DNA of 64,000 nt. Source: Ruditapes philippinarum. Taxonomy: Eukaryota. Location: assembly GCF_026571515.1 (NCBI RefSeq), contig NW_026859933.1, positions 496,001 to 560,000 of the forward strand. Direction: 5' to 3'. Positions 1 to 13,343 of the stretch are shown in pieces (the stretch's first letter is position 1; every line of letters begins with the position of its first letter). The translations under genes and the position numbers were made by a program. The notes beneath the pieces are model-generated. The model saw only the letters and a program-made list of their open reading frames with translations, was not told where the DNA came from and searched no databases.

Positions 1-2763
1 GAAAGGAGTATTTCCCTGCAGGCAGATGTGTATGATGGACAGAGAGATGGATATGGGAAAAGAAATTCTCTAGCACTTGTGGAGTATGAGGCAAGTCTGA
101 CGGCACCATCAGAGTAATCCGAGTACTGTAATAGTTCAATCACAACCAACTCATCTGAAACAAAATCATATTTTTAAGTATTTTATAAGTGTCATTAGCC
201 AGACACTTATTCTTAGTAACTAACAAACCTTCATTATGGGAAATTCAAAAATGCATGATGTAGTTTCTAGTTATGATACACAACAAATTACAAAAATAAG
301 TAGAGTAAGTAGATTTGTTTGATAACTTAAGATATACTAGTATTTCTTGATTTTACCATGGTAACATATAACCACAGATATTGATACCATGGTCACCAGT
401 TATACTGCTCCCCTCTATTGTACATTCTCCTATAATTCTTAAAGAACTTCAATTTAGGAGAAGTAAAAACATATTAAAAATTTGCAAAGAAAGGGCATTC
501 ATACAAAAAAATGTAGCATAAATGTTTTAAACTGAATCCAACTATTATAAGGTATTTACATTTTTATTTTAACAAACTTTCTCAAATTTTGACTGATATG
601 TGTAAGATTTTAACTAAACAAACCTTCAAGAAATTCTGCTACATCTTGTGGATCAACTGCTGTGTAATATGTCTGTAAAACAATAACATCATTTTAAGGA
701 ATAACTTATGTTGAAATATAAGGTTGTCCATTTTTTAATGTTTTCTGATCTATAAGTAACTAATATAGTGAAAGTAAAGACATCTTTAAAAATAAGTTTT
801 ATGACATGGGCACATTCATTAATTTCACAGCTTAAAGTATTAAAAGTCCTATCCACTGTTCAATTAAAACTGTTAAACTGCGAAAAAATCTGATTAATTC
901 AGACAATTACAGACTAAATCTGATCCTTCCTTACTCAGTGATTGCATTACAATGCCTTGTTTATCATGTCTATATAAACATAAAGAATATGTTTCAACAT
1001 GCCTGATTCAATCTCAAACATCTATACTTAATATTCATTTAAAATTATTAATTATAAACCATTAATGTACAGAGTTTAAATTTAAAGAATAGAACCTAAG
1101 TTTTAACTCAACATTAGTTTGAAATAATTGTTTATGATAATTGTTGTTTACACATCCATAAAAAGCAAGTAAACAGTGTTGCATCTAGAATTTTAAAATT
1201 ATGGGGGATTGTCCCCCACTCAACTGAAAAATGTGGGGGGTATGAAAACAAATGTGGGGACATGCATTTACCTAACAATATGACATACAGAAAAGAATTC
1301 ATTTATTTTACATTTAAGCATTTTTGACAGCTATCGTCCGCTCAACAATAGAAAAATAAAATATTAACTTATACGTGCGCAGATAAAACCATTAATACAC
1401 ACACAAGATGACCCGGTCGGCTGCTACAGTTTTTTGTACCTATTTTAATCATTACTGTGAGTGAAAACAAACATAGCAGAAGCGTTCAAGATACGATGAA
1501 GATTAACTGAATTAAGTTGAAAAGATAATCAGATGCGAGACTTGGCTCGCATCGACTTCATTAAGATGCGTGATCTGCAAAAAATATGTGCAAAACATGC
1601 AAATTATGCGGCCCAGATGCAACACTGAGTAAATACCTAATATTGATGACTAATGAGTTGACATAAAGTTATTAAACTTTAAATACAACTTAGTTGCTGC
1701 CTATTTAAAACATTTTTAAAATGGAATTAGTTCTTTCTTATGCCTATTTTTCAAGAATTTGTGCAACACAATTATATCAGTTTCCTAGTCTATGTTTCTT
1801 TAACAAAACAAGAATCAATCTGGTGGTAATAGAAGTTAAATAGTGCTTAATAGCAGTCCTAAATAATATACTGCAATAACATACCTTTTCAAATCTAAAT
1901 GGTTCATGTAAGATCATTGGAAAAATGGATGTAACATTTCGAGTATTTCTGTACTGCCCAAATACACTGATACTAATGTATAAGTCTTCTCTGCTAGGCA
2001 GCCATACACCAGGAGCCGATACCTAGTTAATTAGAAAGTAAAGACTGTATTTTAAAATGCCATATAATAAATATTTTGTTTAAATGTGTGTTTTGTGTTC
2101 TATTTAGGATTGATAATAAAAATGTTAATAATTTAAATTTATAATAAAAAATAACTTTTAAAAATTATCTTTAAAACTTAGTTAAAAAGATCTATCACTT
2201 ATATATATTTTATCAGATAAAAGCTATATGAAAATAACTTGATGATTAGGAGCACAATCAAATCTCCATATATCATTTAGAGCAAGCAAATAAGCACAAA
2301 CTTGTCAAGTATTTTATTACTCTGCTTGCCAAATATAGCGAAATTTATACATATTTTATGACTAGTAGCGTAAATACTCTATCAGCCAAAGATTACATCA
2401 GTAGTTCTCAATCAATAAAGTGTAGTATTCAATACCCTTCTGTATTGCTGACATATACATTCTCATAACCTACATATTCAATCAAGTTTAAAACATTTTT
2501 TGTGGATCTATAACTCCCAATTTCTCAACAGTTATGAACGTTATTAAATATAATTCATTATATAAAGAAATGGCATGCAACTTTTAAAAAAATTTAATCG
2601 TTCCATTTAACAAATAAATCGATATATTTAATGAATAACTCTAGCGGGAGCTCGTAAACAAGAAAAAACATGCTAACAAAATAAGACGAAAGTGTGAAGA
2701 GAGAAAAACACTTACCCTAGCTAAATCTAAATCAACAACACAGCGCAAAGCACGACGAGGCAT
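1..2763 (-). CDS. SPATA6: Spermatogenesis-associated protein 6-like (SPATA6/SPATA6L), 5' part; gene continues beyond the left edge
   Basis: Exons 2763-2716, 2022-1885, 672-624 and 154-<1 have GT-AG boundaries and consistent phase. They give MPRRALRCVVDLDLARVSAPGVWLPSREDLYISISVFGQYRNTRNVTSIFPMILHEPFRFEKTYYTAVDPQDVAEFLEDELVVIELLQ..., which matches the SPATA6 N-terminal domain pattern (V-x-x-PGV, DIYLSI-x-VFGQY, FEK, AVDP). Confidence 0.88.
1174..1627. mobile_element. Non-autonomous hAT-like DNA transposon (MITE) in SPATA6 intron 2
   Basis: 13-bp TIR CAGTGTTGCATCT ... AGATGCAACACTG; AGTAAA on both flanks (partial TSD). Confidence 0.7.
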
Positions 2764-4968
2764 AGTTTTTCCCCTTATTGTTCTTATAAGCAGACAAACT
2801 GGTGTAAATTGTTAAAAAAATGACAAGTATTATAAAAACAATCGAGACTTCTGTCCCGTTGCGCTGATTCCAAGGACGCCCTTTTACTGACCAATCATAT
2901 TGCACCAACAATCAAGGGAGATTTTGTTAAAATGAAAAAATAAATCATCAATGTGTTTTTGCAAAAAGAAACTTTTATAAACAAATAACAAAAACATTAG
3001 GAATTATATTTTTAACAATTGTCAACTAATGATATATGTAAAAAATATTTACCTGACAAAAGATAAATGTTAATTTTATGAAAATGATTTCTCCCTTATT
3101 ACATTCGTTTCGCACTAAAGTAATTTCGTACTTTCGTACAATGTATGAAAATATTTAATTACTTAACTTAATACATCTAAGATATTTAGAGATACTTTTA
3201 AAATAATCTTGATAATGATTATGAAGATACATGAGTACCACTTTACTAATGGATGGAAAAAATAATAATAGGAAAAAGTGTTTGATGCCTGACGAGCTGG
3301 CATTCTACAATTAAACAAATGCATTAAGATTAATGATTAAGATTAATTTAAATACATTTTAAAAGAAAGGATCCGAAACCTTATTGAAAATGTTTTTTGA
3401 CAGTCTTAAACAAGTTTTCATGTAGTGGGAACACGTTATATCAACACAACCTAATGCATCTTATGTACAACTACATATGTATATGAGAAACAGAATAGCA
3501 ACCTTGAGGAACTTCTCAATCTATTGTAGCTTCATTACCTTTGATCCCCTTTCAAAATTCCATGTTATTTTGTTCACCCCATTGTTATTTTTCTTTCGTC
3601 AACATCAGCCTGTCCTCGTCTGACTACCTTGATAAAATCATGTACAAAACTGACTACATGTTAGTTCTGGCTTCCAAAACTTTATAAGCCACTTTTTAAC
3701 ATTTTTTGTTTTTCATCTGATGGGGCATGTGTCTTAGTGTATAAACGGGAACGCTGAACACCCTAAGCTAACTACATGTAGTTATGTTTTCGAATTTGCT
3801 TGACTCTTCTACAAGAACAAATTTCAAGTTGATTGTCAAAAACAACAATGAAGACGTGTTCCTGGCCACTAACTAAAGTATTTTGCATACAATGCAAGTT
3901 TTGGATACTGAGAGATACATATGTGGCTGTGATAACCCCCTAGCTCTCCTTTTTTAAAGATAAGGGTAAGTAAAGACTGTTTCCTGGGGGAACAGTTTGA
4001 TATGGTACACTTTCAAATTGAAGTGATTGATTGAAAATGAAGAACAAATGAGTGTTATTTCTGCAGCACTCTCTTTAAGTAATCTGTATTTATAAGCACC
4101 AGAGCAGACAAAATATATGCCTTCGAATTAAAAAAAAAAGTTAGATCACAGGTTTAATTACAAATACAAAGATTGATGGTCAGATACAGAATTTTTAGAA
4201 TTTGTCAAAAACATATTTTGTTTACTTTGTAAATAAACCATGGCAAATTGACTTGGGTATTCATTCCGTTGTCATCGTTGTGGAAAAAGAAAATTAATTG
4301 TACTTTCAAGATTTTTGGGTATAAACTTACTAGTCATTTTAGTTTGTATAAATTTATTAGTCATTTTAGTATTGAATGTGATTAAAGCGGTGATCAAATT
4401 AATGCATGCGTGTGCTATTTGATGATCAGTAAAATAGAGAAAATATATAGGAATCCCTAAAGAAAGCCCAACACGTCAAAATTGAAAATGTTGCAGGCTC
4501 GGTTTGATTGAGCCTGTTCATGGGCGGTACTGTCAAATGCAAACTACCGTCCACGCCCCCTAGCACCGGCTTAAGCAGAATTCAACATTTAAACAAGAAA
4601 TGGTAAAATTTTGAATTTAGAAACATCCGCAGATGTGTTTATACGGCGGTTATCACGGAACCTTCAATGTGACACAGTAGTGCTATTCCATGAAAAGCGC
4701 GGCGTATGGTCCCCAAGTAATAAAAAGCCTGTGCCCTAAACGAGAAAACAATGGGCGAACAACGAGTAAAATCATGGAGATTTAATAATAGAATTTGTAA
4801 TATGTCTGCGGTAAAATGCACCTAGAATGTGTAGCAAACAATCTCATCACTGAGATCAAATAATTAAACATACTTAATTTGTTATTTGTTAATATTTCTA
4901 AAACAAAATCAATAGAGTAACACCACAGATATTCGGATTACACATATTTTTTATATATATATATATAT

Positions 4969-7354
4969 ATGCTTGGGGACTTCAATATGCCAAGCATCGA
5001 CTGGTCAACAGAATCCCTGACAGAAGGTTGTAAGTTCCCAAACATATACACTTCTTTCCTTGAAAATCTCATTAACTTAAACCTGCAGCAAATGGTCAAC
5101 ATCCCTACCAGAGGTAACAACATCCTTGACCTGTTCCTCACAAACATGCCTTCCCACGTACATAGTACAAAAACCCTACCTCCCTTAGGCTCCTCAGATC
5201 ATGACATAGTCTTTCATGAAATCAAAATTAACAGAGGGCGTCCACTTCAATCAAAGAGGGAAATCCAATGTTATAATAAGGCAAACTGGAATTGCTTAAA
5301 AAATGACGTAAGTAAATATGCCAAGGTCTACAGTGAAACACACCACACTGATCCCAACAAAGCCTGGATTTCCTTCAAGGACGAACTAATCCACCTTTGT
5401 TCTATTCACATACCAACTAAAGTCACTAAAACACGTCAAGACCTACCATGGTTAAACAAGTCCATTATTCGAAAAATTAGGAAACGTGATAGAACTTTTT
5501 CAAACATTAAAAGGTCAAAGTCCCCATCAAATGATTTGGTCAAAAAGCTCAAAGTACTTAAAAGTGAAATCCAAAGAGAAACTAGGAAAGCATACTGGCA
5601 ATACCTAGACTCTGTCATTTTTAGCCAAGACTCCCAAAATGTGAAAAATAAAAAATTCTACCAATATGTTAAAAGTAATAAAACTGAAAGCTGTGGTGTG
5701 GCACCCCTCAAATCAGAAGGTCAAACATTTACTGATCCAGTCGCAAAAGCAGATATCCTTAACTCCCAGTTTGAATCTGTCTTCTCTCGGCCTCAGCCCC
5801 TTAGCTTATCCCAGGCTTGCAAACAGAAGCTTATTCCAAAACTCCACCCATCTATTGCCAGAAGTATCTATATCGGAAGATGGTGTGAAGAAACTTTTAA
5901 AAGACCTAAACCCAAATAAAGCTTCTGGTCCTGACCAAATATCCCCTAGGTTATTAAAAGAGCTCCATCAAGAGGTTACTCCCATACTGACCCACATCTT
6001 CCAGATCTCACTTAAAACAGGTATTGTCCCAGAAGACTGGAAGCATGCAATAATTGCCCCAGTTTACAAAAAAGGCCCAAAATGCAAACCCAGTAATTAT
6101 AGACCAATCTCCCTCACATGCATAGCGTCCAAATTGATGGAGCACATCTTAGTGTCCAATATTATGTCTTTTTATGATAAACACAACATCCTTAGCCCCT
6201 ATCAACATGGCTTCAGGTCAAAACGGAGTTGTGAGTCCCAGCTAGTAAGCTTCTCCCAGGAAATTCATGACAATCTTGAAAGTGGCAAACAAACTGATGT
6301 CATAGTCATGGATTTCAGTAAGGCATTTGATAAGGTGGACCATCACAAACTTGTGAGTAAACTAGAAAGATTGGGTATAAGTTATGAGGTTACAAATTGG
6401 GTCCATTCCTTCCTTAAGTCACGCTCCCAGCAAGTTGTAGTTGAAGGTCAAAAATCAGGAATTCTACCAGTTCTCTCAGGTGTCCCCCAAGGCTCGGTAT
6501 TAGGTCCCTGTCTTTTCCTTTCTTACATAAATGACCTCCCAGATAGCGTCAAAGGTAAGGTTAGACTCTTTGCAGATGATACTGTTGTCTACCTAACCAT
6601 CAGATCTAAACAAGATGCCCAAACCCTCCAAGATGACCTCCATGCATTAGAAAAATGGGAAAAAGACTGGTCCATGGAATTCAACCCTGACAAATGTGAA
6701 GTTCTCAGGATAACAAGAAAAAGAAACCCTGTAATATTTCCTTATACCCTCCATAACATCCAACTAAACTCAACTCAAGAAGCGAAATACTTAGGAGTCA
6801 CTATTAGTCAAGACCTTTCATGGACCAAACATATAAACAACATCACATCTAAAGCAAATAACTCCCTCAGATTCATTAGAAGAAATGTTAAAACTCCAAA
6901 TAAAAATATAAAAGAAACTGCATATAAGACCTATGTTAGACCTCAGGTTGAATATTGCTCCATAGTTTGGCATCCTTGGCAGAAATACTTAATTTATAAG
7001 ATAGAGCAAGTACAAAGATCAGCTGCTAGATACATTTTTAATGATTATGACTATACAAGTAGTGTCTCAAAAATGATAAATGATCTTAATTGGCAAACCC
7101 TTGAACAGCGTCGAAACATCAGTGCTGTAACCTACTTGTATAAAATCCAAAACAATATTGTTTTTGTTGACCACCAACACCTTACTCAAACAAGAAATCT
7201 GAACTACCTGATACCCTACTCGAGGACACAATATCATCAAAATTCTTTCTTTCCTAGGAGCATACGTCTTTGGAATAGCCTTCCCCTTACTGTTCAGTCT
7301 AGCCCCAGTTTAAACATCTTTACTGAGAGGCTTGACCCATTCTATAAATTCTAA
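4969..7354 (+). pseudogene. LINE ORF2 (APE endonuclease C-terminal part plus reverse transcriptase), split by one frameshift near 5850
   Basis: ORF 4969-5919 has the EN motifs GDFN, PTRGNNILDL and SDH. ORF 5666-7354 has the RT motifs YRPISLT, QHGF, DFSKAFD, GVPQGSVLGP, FADD and YLGV, plus the CR1-type C-terminus SFFPRSIRLWNSLP. Confidence 0.9.
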
Positions 7355-7515
7355 ACTGCACACTATGTTTTTAAAGTAATAGTCTTGTAGAACTTTTATT
7401 CTTTTAACTTTTTAATTTGCATATAAACAAATTCTTTTATTAACAGTTCCCTGAAAACGCGCCTGCTAGTCATAATCAGAATTGATTGTTAAGCAGTATG
7501 ATGTAGATGTAGTAG
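4969..7515 (+). mobile_element. 5'-truncated CR1-superfamily non-LTR retrotransposon (LINE) inserted in a (TA)n microsatellite
   Basis: Begins within the endonuclease domain right after (TA)n at 4952-4970. Ends in a short (ATGTAG)n-like tail at ~7498-7515, followed by more (TA)n. Confidence 0.92.
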
Positions 7516-8798
7516 ATATATATATATATTTTTTTTTTTTTTTTTACATCATTTTCTTACATGAAAAGCTTTTTAAATAATGGTGTCGAGTTTACTACCC
7601 GACGAGTTTACCTAACATCGTATGAACCATCTTTAAAATCAATCGGTTGCAAGCCCACCGACACCCCGGTGGTAAACATTACATTAGGGGAAGCATTATT
7701 TTGAGAATTTTAAAGGGGATTAATATAGTTAGCTTCAACCTTTAAGTCAATGATTCGTATCTTCTCGGCATTTTCCGTCAAACTCCGGAATGAAAAATAC
7801 ACGGAGAAAGCCGAGTTCATACGATTGTTATAATAGATTGGTCCCCTGCATAATTAAAGTTTTGGACAGAGCTCACAAGAGCGGACAACCAGCATAAATG
7901 GTTGTCATATTTTAGTAAATATTTTACACTTTTAATTTACATACATACCAAGTGAAAATTGAGAGCTGTATCACAACCCTGTAAGAATAAATTTACTTTT
8001 TGTCGTATTCCGATTCAATCTTTTATCATACAGGATAAAATAAAACCGGCTATCAAGAGAACATGATTCGTCCCCAATACGATTCGATACATTTGAATAC
8101 ACCGATAAACACTTTCAGAACTAGCAGACGACAGGCTAACCGCTATTCTTATCAGTAGTATTTCCAGTAAAGACAAGTAAAATGGTTTCCTGCGGGGAAT
8201 ATTTTTGATGATATAAAGATATTTCATTTAACTATCTTCAACATTTTTTGGGTTGGTGGATAAATAAACGTTTTTATTATATACTTATAAATGAAATATT
8301 GAGAAATATTGATGAAATAAAATGCGTATTTTCATTTTCCGTATTTTCACTGTAAAAATTTATTTTTCACTGCAGTGAAATCTTGCGGCATGAAAATTAC
8401 CATATTTCACTCATGGCTACCGCCACTCATGAAATATTTATTTTCATACCACTCGATGAAAATAAATCATGTATTTATAGAAAAAACTTGAATATCCTCT
8501 ATGTATCAGGAATATAGTTGACAATAATCGATCAATATAGAAGAAGGTCTTTGGAAACTGGTTAATAGCCGGAGAAGGTCGAACATAAAACAATTATTTC
8601 TTTTTAAGAAAATGATTAAATAGGCCTACCATTTTATGAATAATTCCGAGCAAAAAAAAGAAAAAAAGCAAACACACAAGTTTTCGTAGAAAACATCTCT
8701 ATTTATTATGGCAGATGCCACTACGAATATTTTAATTTTGTAGATTTTCAGTATAAACAATTTATTGTTTGTAACATTTTGAGATACATATTAATGAA

Positions 8799-9698
8799 GG
8801 AAGTGGCTAGCCGTACGGGCCCGTACGGCTAGCCAAAAGTTCTAGCCGTACGTGAGTCACGTACGACTAGCCTGGACACACTGTATTGGCTAGCCGTACG
8901 GCACTTTTCAAAATTATATGGAAGTCGAAAATGCATTTGTTATTTTGTGTCTTTAAACAACGATTTTAATCAAATCTCCGCATTTGTCCTAGTGTGTTCA
9001 CTTTAATAAAGATGCTCCGCAATTTTGCACAAAAAAATAAATACGAGTAAGCGTTGTATAATCTATCTTAATAAAATTGAATGTCAAAGTTGCATGTTAT
9101 AACGTCCTTAATTTTCATGCTTATGAATTGTATGAAAGATGAATTGTTAAATCTGTTAATTAAGCACATGGATCGAATAAATAATGATCGGAGGTAAGTA
9201 AATAAATAAATAAAAAGAATATTAAAAAAAAAAAACGGTGAAAAGGAAAAATAATTTAATAATGCAAACTTTTCTTAACAAACTTCTATACCGGCGGTAA
9301 TTGACGCAATTATCAGAGCCCAGCAACAATTTTTTTCGGTGTTTTTTTTTTCAGTTTAAAAATTAAACTTAATGAAACAAAAATAGATTATTATCAAACT
9401 TTGTAAACTATTTCAATTCATGTTGTTTAACTGCAACCAAACGCTATTTTTTCTCGACGTCTTGAGATGACAAAGTAAATTATTTACTGTAGCCAACACG
9501 TCGATCTAAAATGTAAACATTCTTGACTAAAACCCTCGCTTAAAGTCATAATTAACATATGCACTTTCGCCTTCAATATATATTTTTGAAAAGTGCCGTA
9601 CGGCTAGCCAATACAGTGTGTCCTGGCTAGTCGTACGTGACTCACGTATGGCTAGAACTTTTGGCTAGCCGTACGGGCCCGTACGGCTAGCCACTTCC
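8799..9698. mobile_element. 900-bp Mutator/MULE-like non-autonomous element
   Basis: Near-perfect ~115-bp TIRs starting GGAAGTGGCTAGCC and ending GGCTAGCCACTTCC. Exact 9-bp TSD ATTAATGAA at 8790-8798 and 9699-9707. Confidence 0.9.
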
Positions 9699-10717
9699 AT
9701 TAATGAAACATTGTTAATTTTCAAACACATCATTCTCCACCTTAAACGGTATTATAATTATAGAAAATTAAAAATATCACGTAATAGTTTTTTGTTCTTA
9801 ATTAGGTGTAATTCTGACTTATTCCCTAGAGGATTATCCGTAACGTACCAGCAAATGGTATTTAGCCAGGTTTTCGAAAAGGTCAATTAACCAATCATGT
9901 ACGGTTTACAGATCACATGCTCCTCCATGTAACGAAAACAGGTCACGTGCTCCTCCATGCCTCAAAAGTTAAACGCGTACCAATACCCTGCGGTCTCCAG
10001 ACCGCAGGGAATAACGGTTTGCGTATCTCACTGTATATATCGTATGTTAAATGGTCTGACATATGGTACGTTTAACAGTTAAATTAAAACTATGCAGTCC
10101 AGAGATGTGTTGAATTTTATACTGTGTCTGTGATGAAGCTAAGATCCAAAGCTTTCTATTGGTGTAAAATATTTTAAAATCGGACATTTAATCACAGCAA
10201 ATGAGCGGTTTAAAAACAGCTTATTTTGTATTGTTTTAGCATAAGTGATATCGATTTTACTCGAAGGTAAGGGAAGCAACTCATATTTTTTCACTCGATA
10301 CTCCACGGTTATTTACGTAGATCATATTGAAAGTGTTTATGGGTGTATTGGTCAAATTTGGAAAAAAAATCTTTTGTTAATTATTGCCGGAAAGACTCAA
10401 AATTTTAAAACGATTTTTGCTTGTCCCATTATATCATTTCCCTGTCCTAGGAATATGATGTCGCATGATGACGGTTGCTGAGATATATATTATTATGAGA
10501 TAAAAAATTTCAAATTTTCACTGACCAAAGACGTGTCTATCAAAACTGTAAAGAAAAACCCGCGAGAAGACTATATAAATTTGATGGTTCATTAAACTTC
10601 CTACAGGATCATGTCACTCTGTAACTGCACTCATTTTACTAAAGCTTTTCTCCAAACATGCATGAATATATTTCAGATGGAGACTGATAGTGAGTATTAG
10701 GGGCAACAGAAACAAGA

Positions 10718-13343
10718 ATGGGAGGACGTTGTGGTTTTAAGGTCATTGTGCGCCTGATCCATACCATATTGTGTATAGCCATTCTCTCAACTTTGCTATG
10801 GAAAGAAACTGGTAAATTTATTGGTTTGTTGATAATGATAGCAGTCAGTTTTACATTCATACCACAATTATTAAAGTTTTATACTGAAGCAAATGTAAGT
10901 TTGATAGAAAATATATATGTTGGGATTGTCTATTTGATAGAATTATACCTGACAACTTTTGTGTGATAACTTGTGATTGAGTATTTAAATATTATCATCT
11001 TTTTTAAGTTATTTTGTTAAGAAACTTTGTAAATTCTGAATCTGCATATTGTTGTTATTCTGATATATTACAATTGTCATACAATAGGATTGAGGCTCAA
11101 AGCAATTTGTAAAGGAAGTCAAAGCACCCAGTGAAGTTGTTTCTTTGTCTGAACTGTCTTTTGTTTGTTTTCAGGTTTAAGATGGGCTTTAGTAAAGGGG
11201 AATGACCTTGTGTATGGATCAGTGTTCCTGTGTTTATTTGTGATTTCACTGATAATGTACTATGTTGTATGCCTTACCGATCCTGGATATATATACACCT
11301 ATCGTTTTAAAAAGGTATGTACAAAATTGGCATCTGATGGATTGCCTATCATTACAAAATATTTATATTAGAATGTTAAATATTGTTTGCACTAAGCTTT
11401 CCAGTGTTTTGCATTATGATTTTGAGTAAGGAGTTGCAGTATGACTGAATGAATAAGTCTTTCAGATATATTTGGAGTAAATAAGCTTTGCATTAGGATT
11501 ATGAATACTAACAGTATGAATACAATATTTTGAAATAAAAGGAACCACTCTGCCGTCTAGAAACAATAAATAACTATTTCACATAGTTGGAGGTTGATAA
11601 ACTTTGTGAAATAGATAGGGAAAAAAGGACTTTTCAAATTTATTTAGTAAACACTGTTTAATAGGGTCATGCAAATAAAAGGGGAGTGGTGGCCTTGGCT
11701 AGTGGTTACTAAAGGTGTCTGCCCCTCAACCCAGGGATCATGGGTTCAAGCCCTAATCGGGTCACAACCATGCATGTTTCTTCATATTACACCAGTACTG
11801 GTTAGTTCCAGGAAGCGGACTCAAAAGTGATTAATATAAGTTGCAAGAACTGGTTTCGCAATCATGGTTAAATAAAAATGTTTTAAACCAAACCATGTAA
11901 ATAAAAATTGAGATATGTATTTGTAACAGAGATGTGGACAAGTGAATGTTGAAGCTGAGATATCTGAGGAGGAGATGGAGTGTGGAGGCAGTGATTGTAA
12001 CATTCCTCTAACAGAACTTTCTAAACCCTTAGATAAAAGAAATAGATATAAATACAGGTTCTGTGATTACTGTGAAATACAGGTAAAGTATATTAGTGTA
12101 AATTTACATTATGTTTGATGAAATATTACCTATTTTATTATTGGTACAAGTTGATGAAAATGGTGATTATTTATTTTAATACAGTTAATTTGGGCCAAAA
12201 GTTTTATTGTGTGACGTTTATTACTGGGTATATAAAAATTATATTAAAATTTGAATTGTTCTTCTGACATTTTTAATAATTTTTGAGTTGCATTGGTGTT
12301 TAACTATATGATGATTGCTTGAAAGTGCACTCTTCGTTTCCTTTAGGAAAGGAACATAACTGAATTTACTATTTGATTGATGTGAATAATTTCTTTACAT
12401 TTATATAGCCACCTTTACGTAGCAAACATTGTGAGGATTGTCAGATGTGTGTACGCAAGTATGACCACCATTGTCCCTGGTTAGAGACATGTGTTGGAGA
12501 GAGAAATCACAGATATTTCTGGTGGTTCCTGTTTACTACAGCATTACTTATTACCTGGACTTTAGTTATTATCTGGTATGTAATTAAAATTTCTATAGAT
12601 ATGAAGAATAAAAGTTGACCTCTGTTTAGAATAGTACCTTTAACATAATCAAGAAGAAATGGAGAGAATGTGACCTACCACATTTACAAAATATTACAAA
12701 AGAGACTGGAGTTATGAGCTTTGTGACTGTGTAATACTATTGTACATGTAGGCTGGTATGAAAACTATAGTCATGCTTTTTTTAAACTTCCAAGTCTTGG
12801 TCAAAGTTGTATTTCTTATAAGTAGGTACTTCGTAAACAAGTGAGCCACATCTAGTTAAACACCATTAAATTTACATTATCATCTTTCATGGGGCTTGTT
12901 GGAGTTTGAAATGATTACAGAAATAGTCCTGCACTATAATTACCATTGATACAAAAAAGAACCTATAAAGATGTGATATTTTGTTGTTATTGTGTCCCTT
13001 TGTTTTCTTTTACCACAGGGATAGTTTAGTAACAGAGAACACTTGGACAGACTGGTTCCATACAAACATTGTACTTTTCTTAGACATGCTAGTTTTAGTA
13101 TTAGGTGGCTTGGTGGTGACAGGCCTTTTTGTCTTCCATACATATCTAATGACTAATGGACTCACAACATGGGAGACAGCATCAAGGGAGAGCATTACTT
13201 ATTTAAAATATCTTGATGATGAGTATAACCCCTTTGATCAAGGTTGTTGTAGGAATATTTACTCTTTTATGTGTGTAAGTGATATTCAGAAGTGGGAAAC
13301 ATTATATGCAAAACGTGCCAGACTAAAAGATGGCGATGATTAA
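10718..13343 (+). CDS. ZDHHC12: DHHC palmitoyltransferase, ZDHHC12-like
   Basis: Exons 10718-10811, 11175-11314, 11930-12082, 12409-12575 and 13019-13343 join in phase. The product has TM segments, DPG, the Cys-rich domain [44 protein letters not shown], and TTWE and NPFDQG motifs. Confidence 0.9.
11681..11893 (+). mobile_element. Degenerate tRNA-derived SINE in ZDHHC12 intron 2
   Basis: A-box-like TGGCTAGTGG and B-box-like GGTTCAAGCC, then a body CACCAGTACTGGTT...CCAGGAAGCGGACTC and an A/C-rich tail. A related inverted remnant lies at ~35860-35980. Confidence 0.6.

Noticed and set aside
5666-5919. Programmed frameshift or two-ORF organisation of the LINE
   Set aside because: EN and RT are normally one ORF2 in CR1-type LINEs and I see no slippery site; a 1-nt indel is simpler.
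9820-10455. Possible TIR element with the palindrome CCCTGCGGTCTCCAGACCGCAGGG
   Set aside because: Probably repeat-derived, but I could not define convincing termini or a TSD, so it is not listed as a feature.
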